Position numbers and translations under genes: made by a program
In this document: one piece after another, positions 38,508 to 54,014 of the stretch
Layout of the letters: each line of letters opens with the position of its first letter
Numbering within the stretch: the stretch's first letter is position 1
Origin: Tubiluchus corallicola
Taxonomy: Eukaryota; Animalia; Priapulida
DNA: 64,000 nt
NCBI GenBank assembly: GCA_030141605.1
Contig: JAQGDQ010000048.1
Location: 817,466-881,465, forward strand
Direction of reading: 5' to 3'
Notes under the pieces: model-generated
Seen by the model: the letters and a program-made list of their open reading frames with translations, nothing else
What the model was told of the DNA's origin: nothing
Databases searched by the model: none

Positions 38508-41500
38508 GGACATATAACAGAAAAATCGCAGCTGAAGAAGGTTTAGACACAAGAATGCCTGTCAAAACAGGTCATACGTAAAAATGAAAACCAGAAAGTG
38601 ACTCCATTACAGTGAAATTATTGTTCCAGGGTTTGTGCACACTCGTGCGTAAATTGAGTTTAATTGCTGCATAATGATAACGTGTGACACATATTTAAAT
38701 GTCACGCAGCCAAGAACTACAAATGATGGATAGAGTAATGATAATTTCTAATTTTAGACTTCTCTTTTTTAAGTACATGTATAGCTTTGCCCTCCGGGTT
38801 TATCACTTTTGTGTGTGTTTGCTCGAATGAACGTTCTTGCTTTTTTTAGTTACCTTAAAATGAATATCTGAATTTACATGCCAATTTCTAAAAGGATACA
38901 TACAAATTGTGCTTCGATACATTCTTTTATGCACGTAGCTTCATTTAAAAATGCTATGGTCTATAGGTGACGTAATTCCAAATTTAATTCAGTTTTTTGT
39001 CTGAATTTTACATACCAAGTCGTACATCATGAAAATAATATGGACGTTGAAACGATGAAGTAGGCCTAATTCAGCCTTGGTTAAAGTTAGTTAAGCCTAA
39101 ACACGGGATTCAATATTAATCATTGGCAATTGAATGTATGCAAGGTGGCTTATTAAGCGGAACACACCTGAAAGGTCAGTTAACAACAGTGTTCGCATTT
39201 GGTCTTTCCTTAATTAAACTTTGCCTACATTTTCTTTAAATGGAAATAGCTGTGCCTGTGAACTATGAAAAAAGATGAACCACGATTTAACAATTACGTA
39301 CATGTATAGGGCTTACTACTGATAGGGCAATAGCACGCAAGAGTGCAAACTGCATGTATAATAATAAATAGTCTTTTGAGTGAGTGGTGCTTTGAGATTC
39401 TCAATTTTTTTTTAAAAAAAAGAAGTCATTTAGAGACTGCACGATGTTGATTGACCTGGTGATAGACTGTAGAAAGCAATCAGCAGAAATCCATCTCCGG
39501 CTATAAATCACCTCCTGACAGCTTTGATAGACTGGTAACAACGCGGGGAGGAAGGTTGACTAACCGGGAAAATGGCCGTCATCAGAAAACCATTTAGCCA
39601 AGTATTGTCATCCATCAAGAGAATGTCTAACTGTTGCTAATGGCAGAAAATCTTTGAATTCGACAGAAGCTGGATGCAAAAGAATCTGGAATGCCCAAAG
39701 GAGAAGCAGAAACATGGCGGCCAACGTGACAAAGCTTGATGAGGGCTTTGCGTGACATTCACTGCTGCCCTGGCCAGGCTACCATGGCAATTTGATAGGT
39801 TGGTCATCAATCTCGTCTTGGTTTCTATAGTAACACGCATCGATACTTCAACTTGGTATTTCCGACGTATGTCACCCTCGATTTCAGAAGATGCAATGGC
39901 GGGCGCACCAAATATTGAATAATAGCGTAACCAGCACGGCGTACACTTTGAAGTAAAAAATATGAGATATCTAGATAGATATTTACAACTAAAATACCGT
40001 CAGCTACAACTAGTATTACGAAAAAAATTCTATAACAATTAAATTAATGGAAATTAATAAACTATAACACAGACAGCTTATTTATAAAATTCACTTATTT
40101 GCTGATAATTAAGTGAACACTAAGATGACAAAGACAAAATGATGGCATTGCTGTATGTGTGGACGAAATTATGTAAATATGTATAATAAATAATAATCAG
40201 TAACATTATATATTATAATTAATAGTGCAATTAGATTAATTGTTGCTAAATTTAAGGCTGTGGGAAAATATAAACACCAACAGGCCCAACAAGATGACGT
40301 CCATTTTGGGGTATTATAGTGGGTATTACAAATGATGATCTATATGCCTTCTTTACAGAAAGCAAGTCTGCGTTGAATGTGCATTGGAACTGGTTGTAAA
40401 ATTTACACTCTACTTTTCGTACTACACGTCAGTCGTACTACACGTTTGATGGTAGGCTTATAAGAAGACGCCTAATATAACTTAAACAATTTTGATCATA
40501 CGCCAAAAAATTGGGAACATGCAAAATGTTTCAGTCCATAGCGGTCTGCTAGGCCTAATTTTGATGTTCTTGATAAACCGATGGCTAACTCAGACAAGTA
40601 TAACAGCGTAATATCTACAATAACTATGTATCCCAGCCTCCTTGGTAATGGATGAATGCTTTTAAATATTTCCATAGGCCACTCCGCATAAGACATGTAG
40701 TTCATGTCATATGCCTTATAGCTCTATTACCTCATTTCACTTAGCACAGAGAATAGGCTATATAATTAATGCTAGGTTTATGTAATTTATAGATCTACAT
40801 TGCCTCTTCGACAGGAACAAAATAGCCGCAGTGGCCAAATAGTTTTGCTGAAGACTAGCAGCAATCACTATAAACGTTTTGGCACTCATTTCTTCAATAA
40901 AACTAAGACACTCTCAGTGGGTGGAGTAGCTATTTTGCATCTAATTTACGTCCTGCATAGACTAATTACAAACTCTAGTCACAGCAGAAAAAGTCGGGTT
41001 TAAAAAACTAAATTTATTTTGGCAATCATCCGCGTCTGACGCCCAAAGAAACATTAAATTCGCCAAGGCCAGCACCCTCGTAAACTCACACAAGTATCGG
41101 GTGGCGATTGGCAAGACGTCTCCATGGATAAATTACGATGACAAAGTGTCCTAAACCGACACCATCTCGTCAGATGTAAAATACGGCCGCCATCATTTGT
41201 TGCAGTTGTCGCAGAGTGCTGCATGTCTTGATGAATAAAGCAGGAATTGCTGACACGATCTGATGTAATAACTGTCGCTGAGACAAACCATCTCACCAGC
41301 AGGAACAACACTAACCTGCCATAATGCGCTATTCAATGCCGTATTTTATGACAACGGCGACCATTTTGAATTTGTGCTAACTAGACCAAACGGTGCCAAG
41401 TTAACTTTCATCAAGGATTTTTGAGATGATACATATTCAACACGTTTATTAAATTTCGGCCAGATTAACGATTCTGTGTTACATACATTCGCTTAGACAT

Positions 41501-43298
41501 GTATGTGTAAAAGAACCACGTCAAGATGAAATGGCATTCGCGTAAGTCAGAAATTACTTTTCGTGTTATTAGTTTCTAACAGCTGCATTCCAACAGTTAG
41601 CTAGCAGACAATTAGTATAATGTATTAGTATCTGAAGTAAATTTGCTTTTGAAAACATCCTCAGATAAACTGAAATAAAATGCTTTCAAATGGAATGAAA
41701 TTGGACAGGCATATCAAATTAAAATAAATTATATAATTGCAAGCACGGCAGTATAAATGTAGATTCCTCAAGATAATCTGCTGGTGGAGTAGACGTATTT
41801 AACAATTTTAAATGAGTGTTAACAATCCTTTTTCTCAGGATTCAAATTTAATAATGATTTTTCTGGCAAGATCCTTGTTTTTTTGTTTCTTAGACATACA
41901 GTGATATTAGCACACCCACGATGCTGAAAAATATCTTCGTTGTCAAAACATAAATCAGGCCGCATTCGACGACTAGGACAAACTGGTTTAATAAAAAACC
42001 AATAAAATCGTCCGAACAACATTAGTGAACTTCAGCTATCAATCGAAAACTGGACCAAGCTATGCAGGTAATGAAGTTGAAGAAGATGATTAAAGGAGTT
42101 AAGACGTCGATAATCGCAGGTAACAGCAGTCGTAAAACCGTTGGAGGTCGCATCTGCATGCTCACAGAGGGCCGGACTACTCAAGCACCCATTGTGTTTT
42201 TAAAGTTTGCCGATTGCCCTAAAATAGTGAGTCTGAAAAAATACGTTGGACTTGGTCCATAAAAAGTGAGTTAGTTATGAGCAACAGAGGCGCGCTGATT
42301 ATTAATTGTTTGAAGGTTTGATTATATTTGGGGCTTAATTTTAACCCAGTAAAGTACTTTAGTAAACTTGTTCAACAGTGTGGTTGCGTCAAATATTTCA
42401 AAGCTGTGTTTCAATTTTTCAATCATATACACTTTCTGATAAGTATTATGCATGGTCTTGCATTACCGTCGGCAACGCCATTAGTAGGCATAGCATGGCC
42501 CATCTTTCAGTTTCAGTCAAAGGTTTTTAGCAAAAGAGCCTATGAGTTTAATCGCCATGCGTTAATGCGGACTTTTATGAACCTTGAAGAACCCAAAATG
42601 ATTTTCTGAAAGCGCTTCGGCGACCAATCATGAGGCGGGTATTACGAACACTTTATGGCGGGTCCATTATTGGGGATGACACTGACTATAAAACCACAGT
42701 CAATCTACACTAAACTGAGCTTTTCCCATCAAGAGACAATGATTTCTGTTTTCCACGCCGTAAAACAAAATGCACACAATTAACATTCGAGGCGCATCTA
42801 CAGATGATCAACGGCTATACGAGCCAATGGCCAGCAGCAAATCAGCATCACTGTAATAAAGGCTATAATTATATAATTTTGGTTTAAAATAAAAGTATGA
42901 TTAAATCTGCGTACATTCCATGAATAACCGCATTTGCTCTAAGATGGCAAGTTCTTTTTTGTGTCTCTATTTTATTTTCGTAGCACTTTGCAGCACTGTA
43001 GCACATGGTTAAAGACAAATCTAATAATTATAAATTATAACTCTTTTCTAACAAGTTATAATAATAATTCTTTCAATTTTGTTAACAATTTTAGGGTTGA
43101 AGCAACTAGACATACTGAATGATACTTGGTATTGTTGATGAGCTTCCAACTTACTAGATCAACAATCTGGTAGCAATGCAGCTTACCTAGTGTCACTTAC
43201 AACAAACTTCCCTGGCAATTTAAAACTGGAAATAGATGTAATTATTGTGTAGGTCCACCACGCATATCAGACGGCACAGGCGTGCGAAAAATTATATT

Positions 43299-43347
43299 CA
43301 TAAACGATTTTATGGTCCAATAAAATTGTCATTACAGCAGCCATAAA
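43299..43347. promoter_or_regulatory. Cluster of Hox/Cdx-type (TTTATG, TTTATTG) and Meis-type (TGACA) motifs
   Basis: CATAAA 43299, TTTATGG 43309, CAATAAAA 43318, TGTCA 43327 and CCATAAA 43341 within 49 bp. Confidence 0.35.
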
Positions 43348-44777
43348 CCACTGAGAGACAGAAAGAAAGAGTAGACGTGTGATCATTGTGAGATCAAGTA
43401 TCGTTAAATCCCTTGTCAGTTTGAGACAATTAAATATCAAGGCGTGGCTAATTGATATAGGCTGTATATGTGATTTATTTAAAAGATTTTCGTATTAACA
43501 ACACCAAGAATTGAAGCCTATAACCTTATATTGTACACATACTAATTGCTGTACTGACATTTTTGCCACCGGAGTTTTCCTGTGAACGAAATTTGTACAT
43601 CGTTTTCAAGTTTTAGTGTTAAATAGAGTTCAATTACAACTTTTTCTATTTAAAATTTGTTTTTGTCGGAAAACATACTTTCGGGCAATATGTTTCAGTT
43701 ATTACTTAAACAATACTTGAATTTGTATAATGTTCATCATCATCATCATCGTCGCTCTTTTTTCCTACCCTTTCATACACACCACAGTCACCTTTGCCTT
43801 AATCGCCTTGACGTGTTATGGTCATTATCGCTATCAGTTTTTTTTTAAATCAAAATATTATAGGTGTCATTCTCTACTGTTTCGACTCACAGTTACCATA
43901 AGATTTTATCATATAAGATCACGTTTGGTCACTACATATTTGTTTCTCGAGTTTTCTGCATTAAACTTTCTGTTTGTTAGGTAATTCCGTTAATTCATTT
44001 AATGTATATAAGTTTTTTTGTTTTATATAAAGTTGTTATCACCCAAAAAATGGGTTAACACAGACACTGGGAAGTTTTTAACGCGAAGCCCTTGCATTTT
44101 AAACGAATTTCACGCTTGGTGTGAAACTAACAATTCTCTAGGGTTGAATTCGCATTTTTCGCCGCAGTGTAAGCCGAGCAAGCACCCACAACATTATATA
44201 TCTAAATGGAGATGGAATAATTTACTATCGCTATTAAACTAAAAGCAGAAAATCATAAATTATTGAAAAATATAAACATTCCGTCGAGCGAACTCAGTGC
44301 CTTGCGACAAGTTCGCTGCAATTATATTGATTCTTATCCATTTTGGTGTTTATAAAAAGCGATATTATTTTTGAAACTGGATTTTGGGTCTGATGGCCTA
44401 AATTTGTTGTAAGGAAAAAATCGAATCAAAATACATAATTTAACAATTAACAAGTTTGATTCGTGATTCCTAACTAAGAAAGTAACTGCTGGTAAAGTCT
44501 TTAAAAAAACCATAAAAACTCTACCAATTAATAGATTTTAAAGATGCGAAAACTAAGCATATAGTCAATGCTTTTTGTTGTTAACGTGAAATCCGCAATA
44601 CTGGTTTTTATTTCTTCGTTGCTAGAGTGTGCAGCTTGTATATACTGTGCAAGATCAACTTACCTAGAATTTTGCGCGGTTTTTTACGGAACTATTTATT
44701 CGCCGCTTAATAAGATTGCTGCTTAATATTATTACTACTAAAATTTTAGCAAAAGATGGCAGCATGAAACAACTCAC

Positions 44778-44836
44778 CTGCTCGATTTGATTGGTCAATC
44801 ATTGGCTGGACTATTCTCCGCCGTGCGTTTATAAAC
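44778..44836 (-). CDS. Meis: Meis paralogue B, 59-nt exon (W/FINARRRIVQPMIDQSNRA)
   Basis: Minus-strand acceptor ctacatag and donor GTGAGT at 44777. Peptide identical to 17001-17059. Confidence 0.97.
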
Positions 44837-46569
44837 CTATGTAGAAAAGAAAAGACAGGCTTACTAATCATGATTTTAACACGCACTTTAACACCTTGCC
44901 TTACAATACAATTAGTCCTACACGAGGAAGTTTAATTAACACAAAGGCGACTTTTGTTATTTTAATGAATAATCCCATAATACATATGTCTGGCCCTATA
45001 TTAGCCAAGGGCCAAAATAAATACTATAGCCAGAGGCTATCACAACCAACCACACAAGCTAAAAATACAGATAAACTAATTAAAAACAAACAATTCTGGT
45101 ACAAGGCCTACGCTACTACCTTTAGCATTATAGAACAAATTTTGTCTACAAGTAAAGAAAAGCAAAACACAATTATATTTCATATTTATTTATTAGTGCC
45201 AATAACACATACAATACAATAAAAAAACAATTTCAATTTTGAAATATAGTGACACTGCAGACAAACAAAACAATTACTGACAAAACAAATATTATAAAAT
45301 CTTCCTGTTGGTTATTTTAGTTATTAGTTATTTAGCTATAAAACATACAATAAAAAAATAAAAGAGTTATAAGCCTACACTAATGTTTAAAAGGTAAAAA
45401 GGAAACATTCCTACGTCAACGTCAGGGGCATTTTCAAGATTATTTACTTTAACACATGCATGTAGTTTTTATCAGTTCATGTTTTAAGCAAATTTTTGTA
45501 TGATTTTGAACTGACTGCCGAATTGGGCCATACTTGACAGCATCAAATTTAACTGTAAAAGACATGAATAAAGAGGGAGATAAAGTAAAAGAAAACAGAA
45601 TGCTAATCTTTTGATCTGATCTACACCTACACTGACGTCTCTTGTGGCACAGTCCAGTATGGTTTGGACTAGACTATTCAGATCTGAACTGGACTAAATC
45701 GGGAAATTCAGATTAGAGACTAAGACAAGGGAAGATTAGATTAATGAATTAGTTGTTAAACACAACATACTAAAAATCGCTATAGTATGTAATTAGCCAC
45801 TTTGACAGCAACACGATGGGAGTGCCATCATACCATGGAACAGCTAATGATGAGGAACAAATAAAATCAGCGATTGGAAGACAAACTGCTAAATTATTAG
45901 CACTACGCCATTTGTATTCCAAAATCTGCAGTAATATCTCTGTTTTATAGCTCTAATCAGCTCATCTCAGGCTGTAAAGTCCACAGTAAATGCCCAAGAC
46001 GCTGATGGCTTTCTAGATAATTCTGCGGTCATTTGAAAGGTGGATCTTGGAAACGTCAGAATCATTCCCATTCTACGACGTAGAATTTGTACATTAAATA
46101 AGCCTACTTGCAGGTTTTTGAAATATTGTTTCTTTGTAAACTGAGTTAATAAGTTTAATAAAGTAAGACTTAGCAGAGCTAATGATCACGTGTTCACTAG
46201 GCAATAATCTAAAATCCTTGCGTTAAATAATTTAAAATATTTAATCAAAGTAGCGTACATGTATATGGAAACGCTTATCTGACGAATTTTTTTCAAGTTT
46301 CGCTTCTACGTAGTACGATGTTATTACACATTATAAATACATGTTAAAATAAACAAATGGCTGCCAAGAGCAATTTTCCATGTGCCACTGATTTAATAAT
46401 ATTAAACGTATTATTTACTTTTTTATTCATTTGTTTATTACTAGTTAACTATCCGATGTTGTTTAAACTAAAAAATATTTGATGCAGAGATTTCAGAAGG
46501 TGTTCTTCTAGCGCTTTCTTTAACTTGTCTGTCATGACCCTTACTTCGGTGGTGCTGATGTTAGCTCCC

Positions 46570-46810
46570 CTTTGTTCTTTTGTTTCTCACTGCCACTCTT
46601 CAGTCTCACTGTCTCCTTCTCTTTCTTCTTCTTCTCTCTTTCTTTTCCTTCTCGCTCTGTCACTTTCGCCTCTTTTCCGTTTCCTCTCGCGGCCTCTCTT
46701 TCTTTCACTGATATTTTCTCCCTCGCTTCTTTTTCTTTTCCTCTTTTCTCTATACCTCTCAAATCCTTGCTCTTTTTTTCCTTTTTCCCTTCTTCTCTAC
46801 TTTCCTACTT
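46570..46810. repeat. Low-complexity polypyrimidine (CT-rich) tract
   Basis: Directly visible. Confidence 0.8.
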
Positions 46811-49800
46811 TTGACATTTGCTCTTTGAATTAATCACTCTAGCAGCACGTTTGCAAAACGATTTTTGTGAAAAAACTTAGTTGTCAGTTGTAACTGGTTA
46901 GGTGCAGCAGTTACGACTTTTGACCTTGACTTTGCATTACCTGTTGAAGATCTCTGTTTCCTTTGTAATAATAAGTTACTCAAGTTGCAATTGAGTGGGT
47001 TAGGTACAGCGTTTACGGCGGAGAAAATATGCGAAACAGACGTATCCAGGAGATTCCAAGTTTTTAAAATCTTTATTCAAAAATTCTTAATAAAACTGCC
47101 ATTATAAAACTATATATTTGAAAAAGCAACCACTTTTTTACGCATTAAATAATATATAGTCATACAACATCGAACAAGACTTTAAATAAATAGTTTAATT
47201 TTGTAAAAATTATACTGAAGTTTATCCTTATAAGTGTTTAATTTATACTGGCGTATGTGTAAAGTTAAGCGACACTCTTAGCTTTTTCCTTTCCCCAAGC
47301 TATATCCCTCGCTTCTAGCTCATAAGCTAACTCTTTAAATGCATTAAAGCGCACTCCCGCATTACCCATACTTAACCAGCACAGTAACAATGGCAGCCTT
47401 TGATATGCGCGTATTATTTCACAATTTACTCACATACGAGCAAAAACTCCCGAGCGCTAGCCTGTCGTTTGTTAATACAACAGATATGAAGATAGACGAG
47501 CCTAACCATTCCCGCGAGTCTACCTAGATAGTCAGTCTAAATAGTAGCAAAATGCTATATTCGACAACAAATGAAAATAAATGACCCAGGTCTGCTCAGC
47601 CAGCTGATTCACAATTTGACCTAAGATTTCCTCGGAGAGTTGCATCATCATATATTGCAACTGATGCAGCAACCTTATACTTTTCAAAGGCGGATCAGCG
47701 CGCGGGTGGCGCTGCTATCGCTCGAGAAAAATCTATTCACTGATTCGGAAAATATGACATCATTAAGCTCCCAAGTTTTTTTAGTTAAGAATTTGAAGTC
47801 GCTATCTAAACCTTGGTGAAAAAGGTTCCAAGGTTGACATTTCGTTGCCTAGATCCTACTTTAAGCGTCTCACAGATGCTCGTTGGAAAAAAATCAGCTG
47901 CACAAAGTCGACCGATTACGCAAGTTACTCAGTGGATGTTTGTCCCGCAAAAAAGCATAATAGGATAAAAATGGATCCCGCCGGACGAGCACAGCACTCT
48001 GGGTAATGTATTTAGGAAATAACATCAATGCCGTATAATTAATGTATTGGACATGATGTCCCCAAACATAGATTTGCCGAGCAATTATGGCGAAGCGTGT
48101 GTGGTTTTAACAAAACAAGCAGTCTGTTTCTATACTTCTTACTAAACTAGGGTCTCAAAAGACAAATACTAGTATTATGACGGAGATCACAAATCAAGGC
48201 CATAAGCATTGACTCAGCCATGCATTCGAGTTGCTGTGTATTTAACGGACATGAAAAGGTGTCTGGGCGAGGAGTGCATTTTCACAAGAACAAAAACATC
48301 ATCATAACATTTTGCTGAAAACGCAAGAAATCTTGCGTAGAAGACACGTGACTTCCGACTTAAAAAACACAAGAGCGAACAGTCGCAAAAGTAAACAGCG
48401 CTTGCGATAAGATAGACATTAATTGATGTGAAAAGGATCTTAATGTCGCTACAAGTAGACAAATGAACAGGAGGAGATAAATGAATTTCTCATCTAACAT
48501 CATCCAAAGTCAACCAGGATTGCGAGAATGAGCGGTGCGTCGCGTGTCAGATTCTGTTACGTTTATCACCGCAAGACAAACTGAGTAGACAGCTTTTCCG
48601 CATGATACAACCCCCCCCCCCCGAAAATTAGGCTGAAAATTTGGATAAGACGTTTACATGAATGTTATTTTAAATAAATGACACGTGGAGACCATGGTGG
48701 CCATCTGTAACGTCCTTTGTGATTTTAATTTTTTACTATACGATATATTAGTAGGAAATCTAGTGACAAAAATGGCACATTATTATTATTATTATTATAA
48801 TCAGAATTCTGATATTATAATATATACCTTCAGATTATAATGCAATATGTACAGATGCAGCTCTCAATTTGTAGGAAAAGATAGCTAGCGATTACATACA
48901 AATGGCAGTTATAGACATACATTAATTAAATTTACAATGTCAATTAAAAGGTAATATATACAGTATAAGACGATCTACAATAAAGTTAGCCTATTTATAC
49001 GACGAGTTATGGAACAGTCATGTGCTTATAAAACATACACACAACATGCCACATTCAAAATAACATTATTTAAATAGGTATAATAATTATTAATTCATAC
49101 AAATAGCTAATGTACTCATTTTTATGAAAATTAATGTGTTATATTTTACATTAGCCTAATTGGAAATTCATTTTTTACTAAATTGATAAATGGTTTAAAA
49201 ATGGCATACGTAAAAGCCTGCACAGACAATTCTTAACACGGCTACTTTCTCCTGTTTAATTTGGAAAACGCGTTTTTAACGCGTTTTTGCTCTGGATCTT
49301 CCATATAAGTACAATTGTTCATTACAAATTAATTTCATTGCACTTCTCTACACTGAATTCAAATTTTGGCGATCTCTAAGGTTTCATTTTGAGAATGTAT
49401 TCTAGTTATCACGAAACTATTCTGACTAAATGCCGCCAGGAATCCAAATCTCCAATGCCTTATACAGATAACCACCTGACCCCATGGAGCAAGACTGGTT
49501 CAGTCCAACGTTAACTAGCTCTGTAGCTGATTGAGTTTATTTTCTCTGGAAAGCGGAAAAATAAACGCCAAGAGGCAGTTTATATATGCTGGATATGTGT
49601 CCATGTTTATGAGCTATTAAACTGGGCTCGAGTTGCTGAGAAATGTGAGTTTAGATGCGCTTGGTTGCTATCAGCTGCGTTTCTTCTCTTACTATGAAAT
49701 GCGCTTGGCTGGATTCAGCTGTGTCCACCCACACTCCTGCTATGAAGGCAACCTACCATCATCAAAGGCGAAATTTGCTACTGCCTTTTATGTGATTTTT

Positions 49801-52800
49801 TTGCCATGAAAAAAGCTAAGCTAATCTTTTGGCAGCTTCATGCACATAACCCAGAATCATTTCTCATTGTATTTAATTCTGTGCTTATTAGTCGGTTTGC
49901 GTAAAATTCGTTGATTTATGCAATATTTTTTTTTAATTCGCTTGAGTTCGGACCTCTGCTAGCGGGTGTACTGTGCAACACCCTTACAGAAGAATCATCA
50001 ATGTGTATGTATGGGGAGAGACAAAAGAATCTAGCGAATTATCAAGTATAAATAATCCTTTGAGAGGAATAATGAATAAGCAAGCACACTTTTAGCCACG
50101 TTTGTGGATATACTTCTCTCAATAATATTTGTTATCAACTTCGTACAGTTCAATTTAGCAATATAATCCACCAAATAGTATGCAGGTTATCATACTTTTT
50201 TATTATTAATATCATTTATTTTCGAACACACATGTACAGTTAAGTTACATAAGTGGTTCAATTAAAAAAATTAAATTATATTTTAGCTCAGATGTTTAAT
50301 AAACACTTGCTACAACAATCCGTATTACTGTCATCACCACTTCAGCTGATTTTCTATGCTTACAGCAATTGAATATTATTACGATGAATTGTTAGCTAAA
50401 ATATGCATCCATTTACTCTGGCAACTTTTCTGGCAAAAAGCCAAAATTTGCAAGACTTTCGCCAAATTTATAGAAGCAAGACACTCTTTTAAACCTTAGC
50501 TCATTTTCAACTATTGGTAAAATGGATATTTCAAAAACTCTAATTATTGATAATGTTTACTAATATGTAAACGCAGTCGTAACGCAGTTATTAATGAGTG
50601 GTGATGAGTATAAATTGACTAAACAGCGTCTATCTTTTATATTACGTGTCTTACTGATGTTTGCGAAAGCAAAGCAATACGGTAGCACGGAAACAGAAAA
50701 ACTCGGCAAATAGTAACTTCACAAGTTCAAATTTTAAAGACATTGCTGCGCACGATATGACTGTTTGTGCAATATCACTACTGATAAGTTTTGCTGATTT
50801 CATGATTGGGCTGTGTATGTCACCGTATTCGGGAAACGGGCGCCGCTGCCCACCTTGGCTGCCACCGGGTAAAATTGAAAAGTAACGAAATCAAAATTCC
50901 ATGAGCCTAATTCTAAAATGCATATTATTCTTAAAGAACAACATTTGCATCTATTTAAGATATTGCAAACCATAGGGAACTTTGAGTTATGGTCTGAAAT
51001 ATCCCTTAAAGTCCAACCATCTTCTCGCACGTGCAAGCATACAAACCATCCGTAAAATCACCATAGTACAAACACATTCTGAAGACGTCCAGACCATTTC
51101 GCTAATTTATTCATCCTGGCCATTTCCTGAACTAATTCAGCCAACTGAAAGCCATCCCTAATCATTTACCAAAGGCTCTGCTTATTTACTGCCTGCCCAT
51201 GACAGATAAATCTTGCTAAAGACATGGAGGGAACACCTTAAATGGGCAAGAAAATGTTCCTAGGTTGTTAGTGTCGGGCATAAATCACGTAAATCCGCGA
51301 AAATGTCCAGTGATGGGTTTTCAAGACTTGATTACTAGCACTGGTATTGAATACTAATCGATATTGAAACTGTGCGCAATGTATCACTAGAGCTAGACAA
51401 TGAAGGAAGAAAATGTCTTCTTCGTGATGCGATTGACATAATAATCTGTTGGAAAGACACGCAAGTTGGATTTCTGAGGCATTCACAAAAAATAGGAATA
51501 TGTGTAGTATCAAAGTTTGAGCCTATTCGTTTTTTTTTTTGAAAACGTTCAAAGGAGATTAAGACAGAGTAAATACCAAAACATACATAAAAACACCGTC
51601 AGAATAAAAACACTACACGAAATTTGAAAATGTCTTTAAAGTTTCCACGTGAAATCACAACACAATATTTAATGGTGTTGACGCTGAACACTTTTGATAA
51701 TTTTATATATTTTACCTACAAGCAAAAAAAAGAAAGTTTCAACATACAGTTTAAAATTTAATTGAAATATTTTAAATCTAATTTTATATCTCCATAGGTA
51801 TGTGGAGATATCCACATATATATCCATGTTTTTTAATCTGATTTTAATTTTAAATTAATTACTTAATTTCGCAATCAGTAATTGTAAATACTGATGTGCA
51901 TCACTGGTTGTTGATAATACGCTGATATAATCTGTAGCTTCTCTTATTTTACTTTAACTTTTGTACAGCAATCCCAGGCTTTTTATTAATTGTTATGATG
52001 CTACTTGAATCGATGAATGTCATACAAAATTTTCTCTGAGCTTGACTGCTTTTATTTGATTAGAAGAGTGAATAGCATATTAGTTTTTTAATCTGTCTTG
52101 TACATTATATACGCATGTAACTATATGTACATTATTCATCTAATTGCATGTTACACTGACAATCTTCATTTGCAGATCACTAGTACTTTCATGTAACTTG
52201 CGATCACTTTGGTGTAGTGACATCTCATATCCACCCAACCCCCTCTCCTCCCATTCTGTTACTCTGTGTGCTAATGACAAGCCGTGGAATGCTACATGAT
52301 GTATACGTTATGTGACAACTACAAATTATTCAGTTCTGGCAGTTATTAGAAAACTGGAAGACATTCCGCAATTTTTACTCTCGGCAAATAGCTCATTATA
52401 CAAACCTGGAGAGAGAGAGAGAATTTACATTTCTGGAAGCAGCTACCAGATGTGAGAGACCTGTCAGGATAAATGGGAAAGTAGACAATTGATGTTAACT
52501 ATTTTGCTGAGCCTACACATTGAAAATTATTGCAAGCAAGTTTGCTTGTCTGTAATTGAAAATTTAATTTTTGAACGGCTGTAATGTTCGCGAAGGTATA
52601 TGAAGCGTTTAATCTGCGGTGGGTTTCATAATCGTTGGTGGCCATCTCGGCCTACATGGCTACCACCCGGGCAAGCAGATGCCTGACTCTGGTAAGATCA
52701 TAAATCAGAGGGAAAACATTTTAGGGGCGATTTAACGACGTTTTAGCTCATCTGTTGAAAGATTTTGACATTTAATGACCGAAACAGTCATTATGGAGCA

Positions 52801-53159
52801 TTGGGCGAGATATGTTTGTAATCATGCTGCACGGACAGAAGGCAATAGAAAGGTCAAATTTCCTCTAAAAAGGTCGCGCGGAAATCCACCTAGATAAAGA
52901 CTCCCATGAGCTATCGAGATGAAGTTTTTTCCGTTTTCCTAAAACAGACATTGCTACAATTATAAAGAACATGCTACTAACTAGTCTATAACGTCTTGTT
53001 CTTGACCCTAAAGTGGCGTCGTTTATGTAGCCTGCGTATGCGTTATTCTTTTTCTGCAGCTATTCCTATTGATTTTTTTCAGCAGCCTATTCAGCAACCA
53101 ATTCCTCAGTGGAAAACGTATCCGCATCCGCATCCGTACCCTTATTTTACATAAACGCC

Positions 53160-53270
53160 ACGTTCGTTAGTTCGTTCGTTTTCATTCATTCATTCATTCA
53201 CTAATTCACTCCTTACTCACTCACTCATTCACTTATTCATTCATTCGTTCGTTCGTTCCATTCATTCATT
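53160..53270. repeat. (TTCG/TTCA/CTCA)n tetranucleotide repeat
   Basis: Directly visible. Confidence 0.85.
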
Positions 53271-53741
53271 TAATTACTTTTTAATCATTTTAGCCAGTTT
53301 CCCTTCTGTTCTTTGAGCCATTAAGTTTGTGGAACAAATGTCTTGTGTCTCAGTCATGAATTATTAAAAGTGCTTGTTGATGTAAACAATTTGATAAATA
53401 ACTTTTTAATAAAAATGGCGAGTTCTCTCATTAGCATAAATAAATGATAAAACTGGAAAGCTTTGTTAAATGGTTTTGGAAGGTTACTTATAGCCCACAT
53501 GTTTAACAAAAAAGATGCCGCGCTTCCTATACTAATGGTTAGAGACTTTCGAAAGCTTTTCAGTAAAGTTTAATTATTTTAAAATAGGCAGTATGAGTAA
53601 TCTTCGCGAGAAGAGTAATGTAGCAAGATTAAAGCCGATAGCAGAAAGAGATATTAATCACGGGAGAGCTGAAACAATTCCAAACAAATCAGCCTTCAAA
53701 ATTAATGAGGAAAAAGCAACAGCCAGCTGCGAAACCGACTT

Positions 53742-54014
53742 GTTAAGTTAAATTAATGACACGAAATTGCACATCAAAAAGGCGGGACCTGACATATATT
53801 TTACAGAGAGTGACAGCAAAATTAGACGAACCTAATGAAATATGGTACATAATGAGGAGCAGAATCGAGTTGCATGTCATTCCCTGTCACAAAAATATAA
53901 CTATGACGACCAACGCTAATTTGGCGGTGAAACAAAAGACGAACCCGTTATCCTGCTAAATCAACTGTTCAGATATTTTTGTCTTTTTTGTCAATCTAAG
54001 CTCGCGTAATTTTC
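53742..54014 (-). promoter_or_regulatory. Intronic conserved non-coding element (candidate enhancer), copy in paralogue B
   Basis: Collinear similarity to 11761-11984, in the homologous intron and in the same orientation relative to the gene. Confidence 0.7.
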
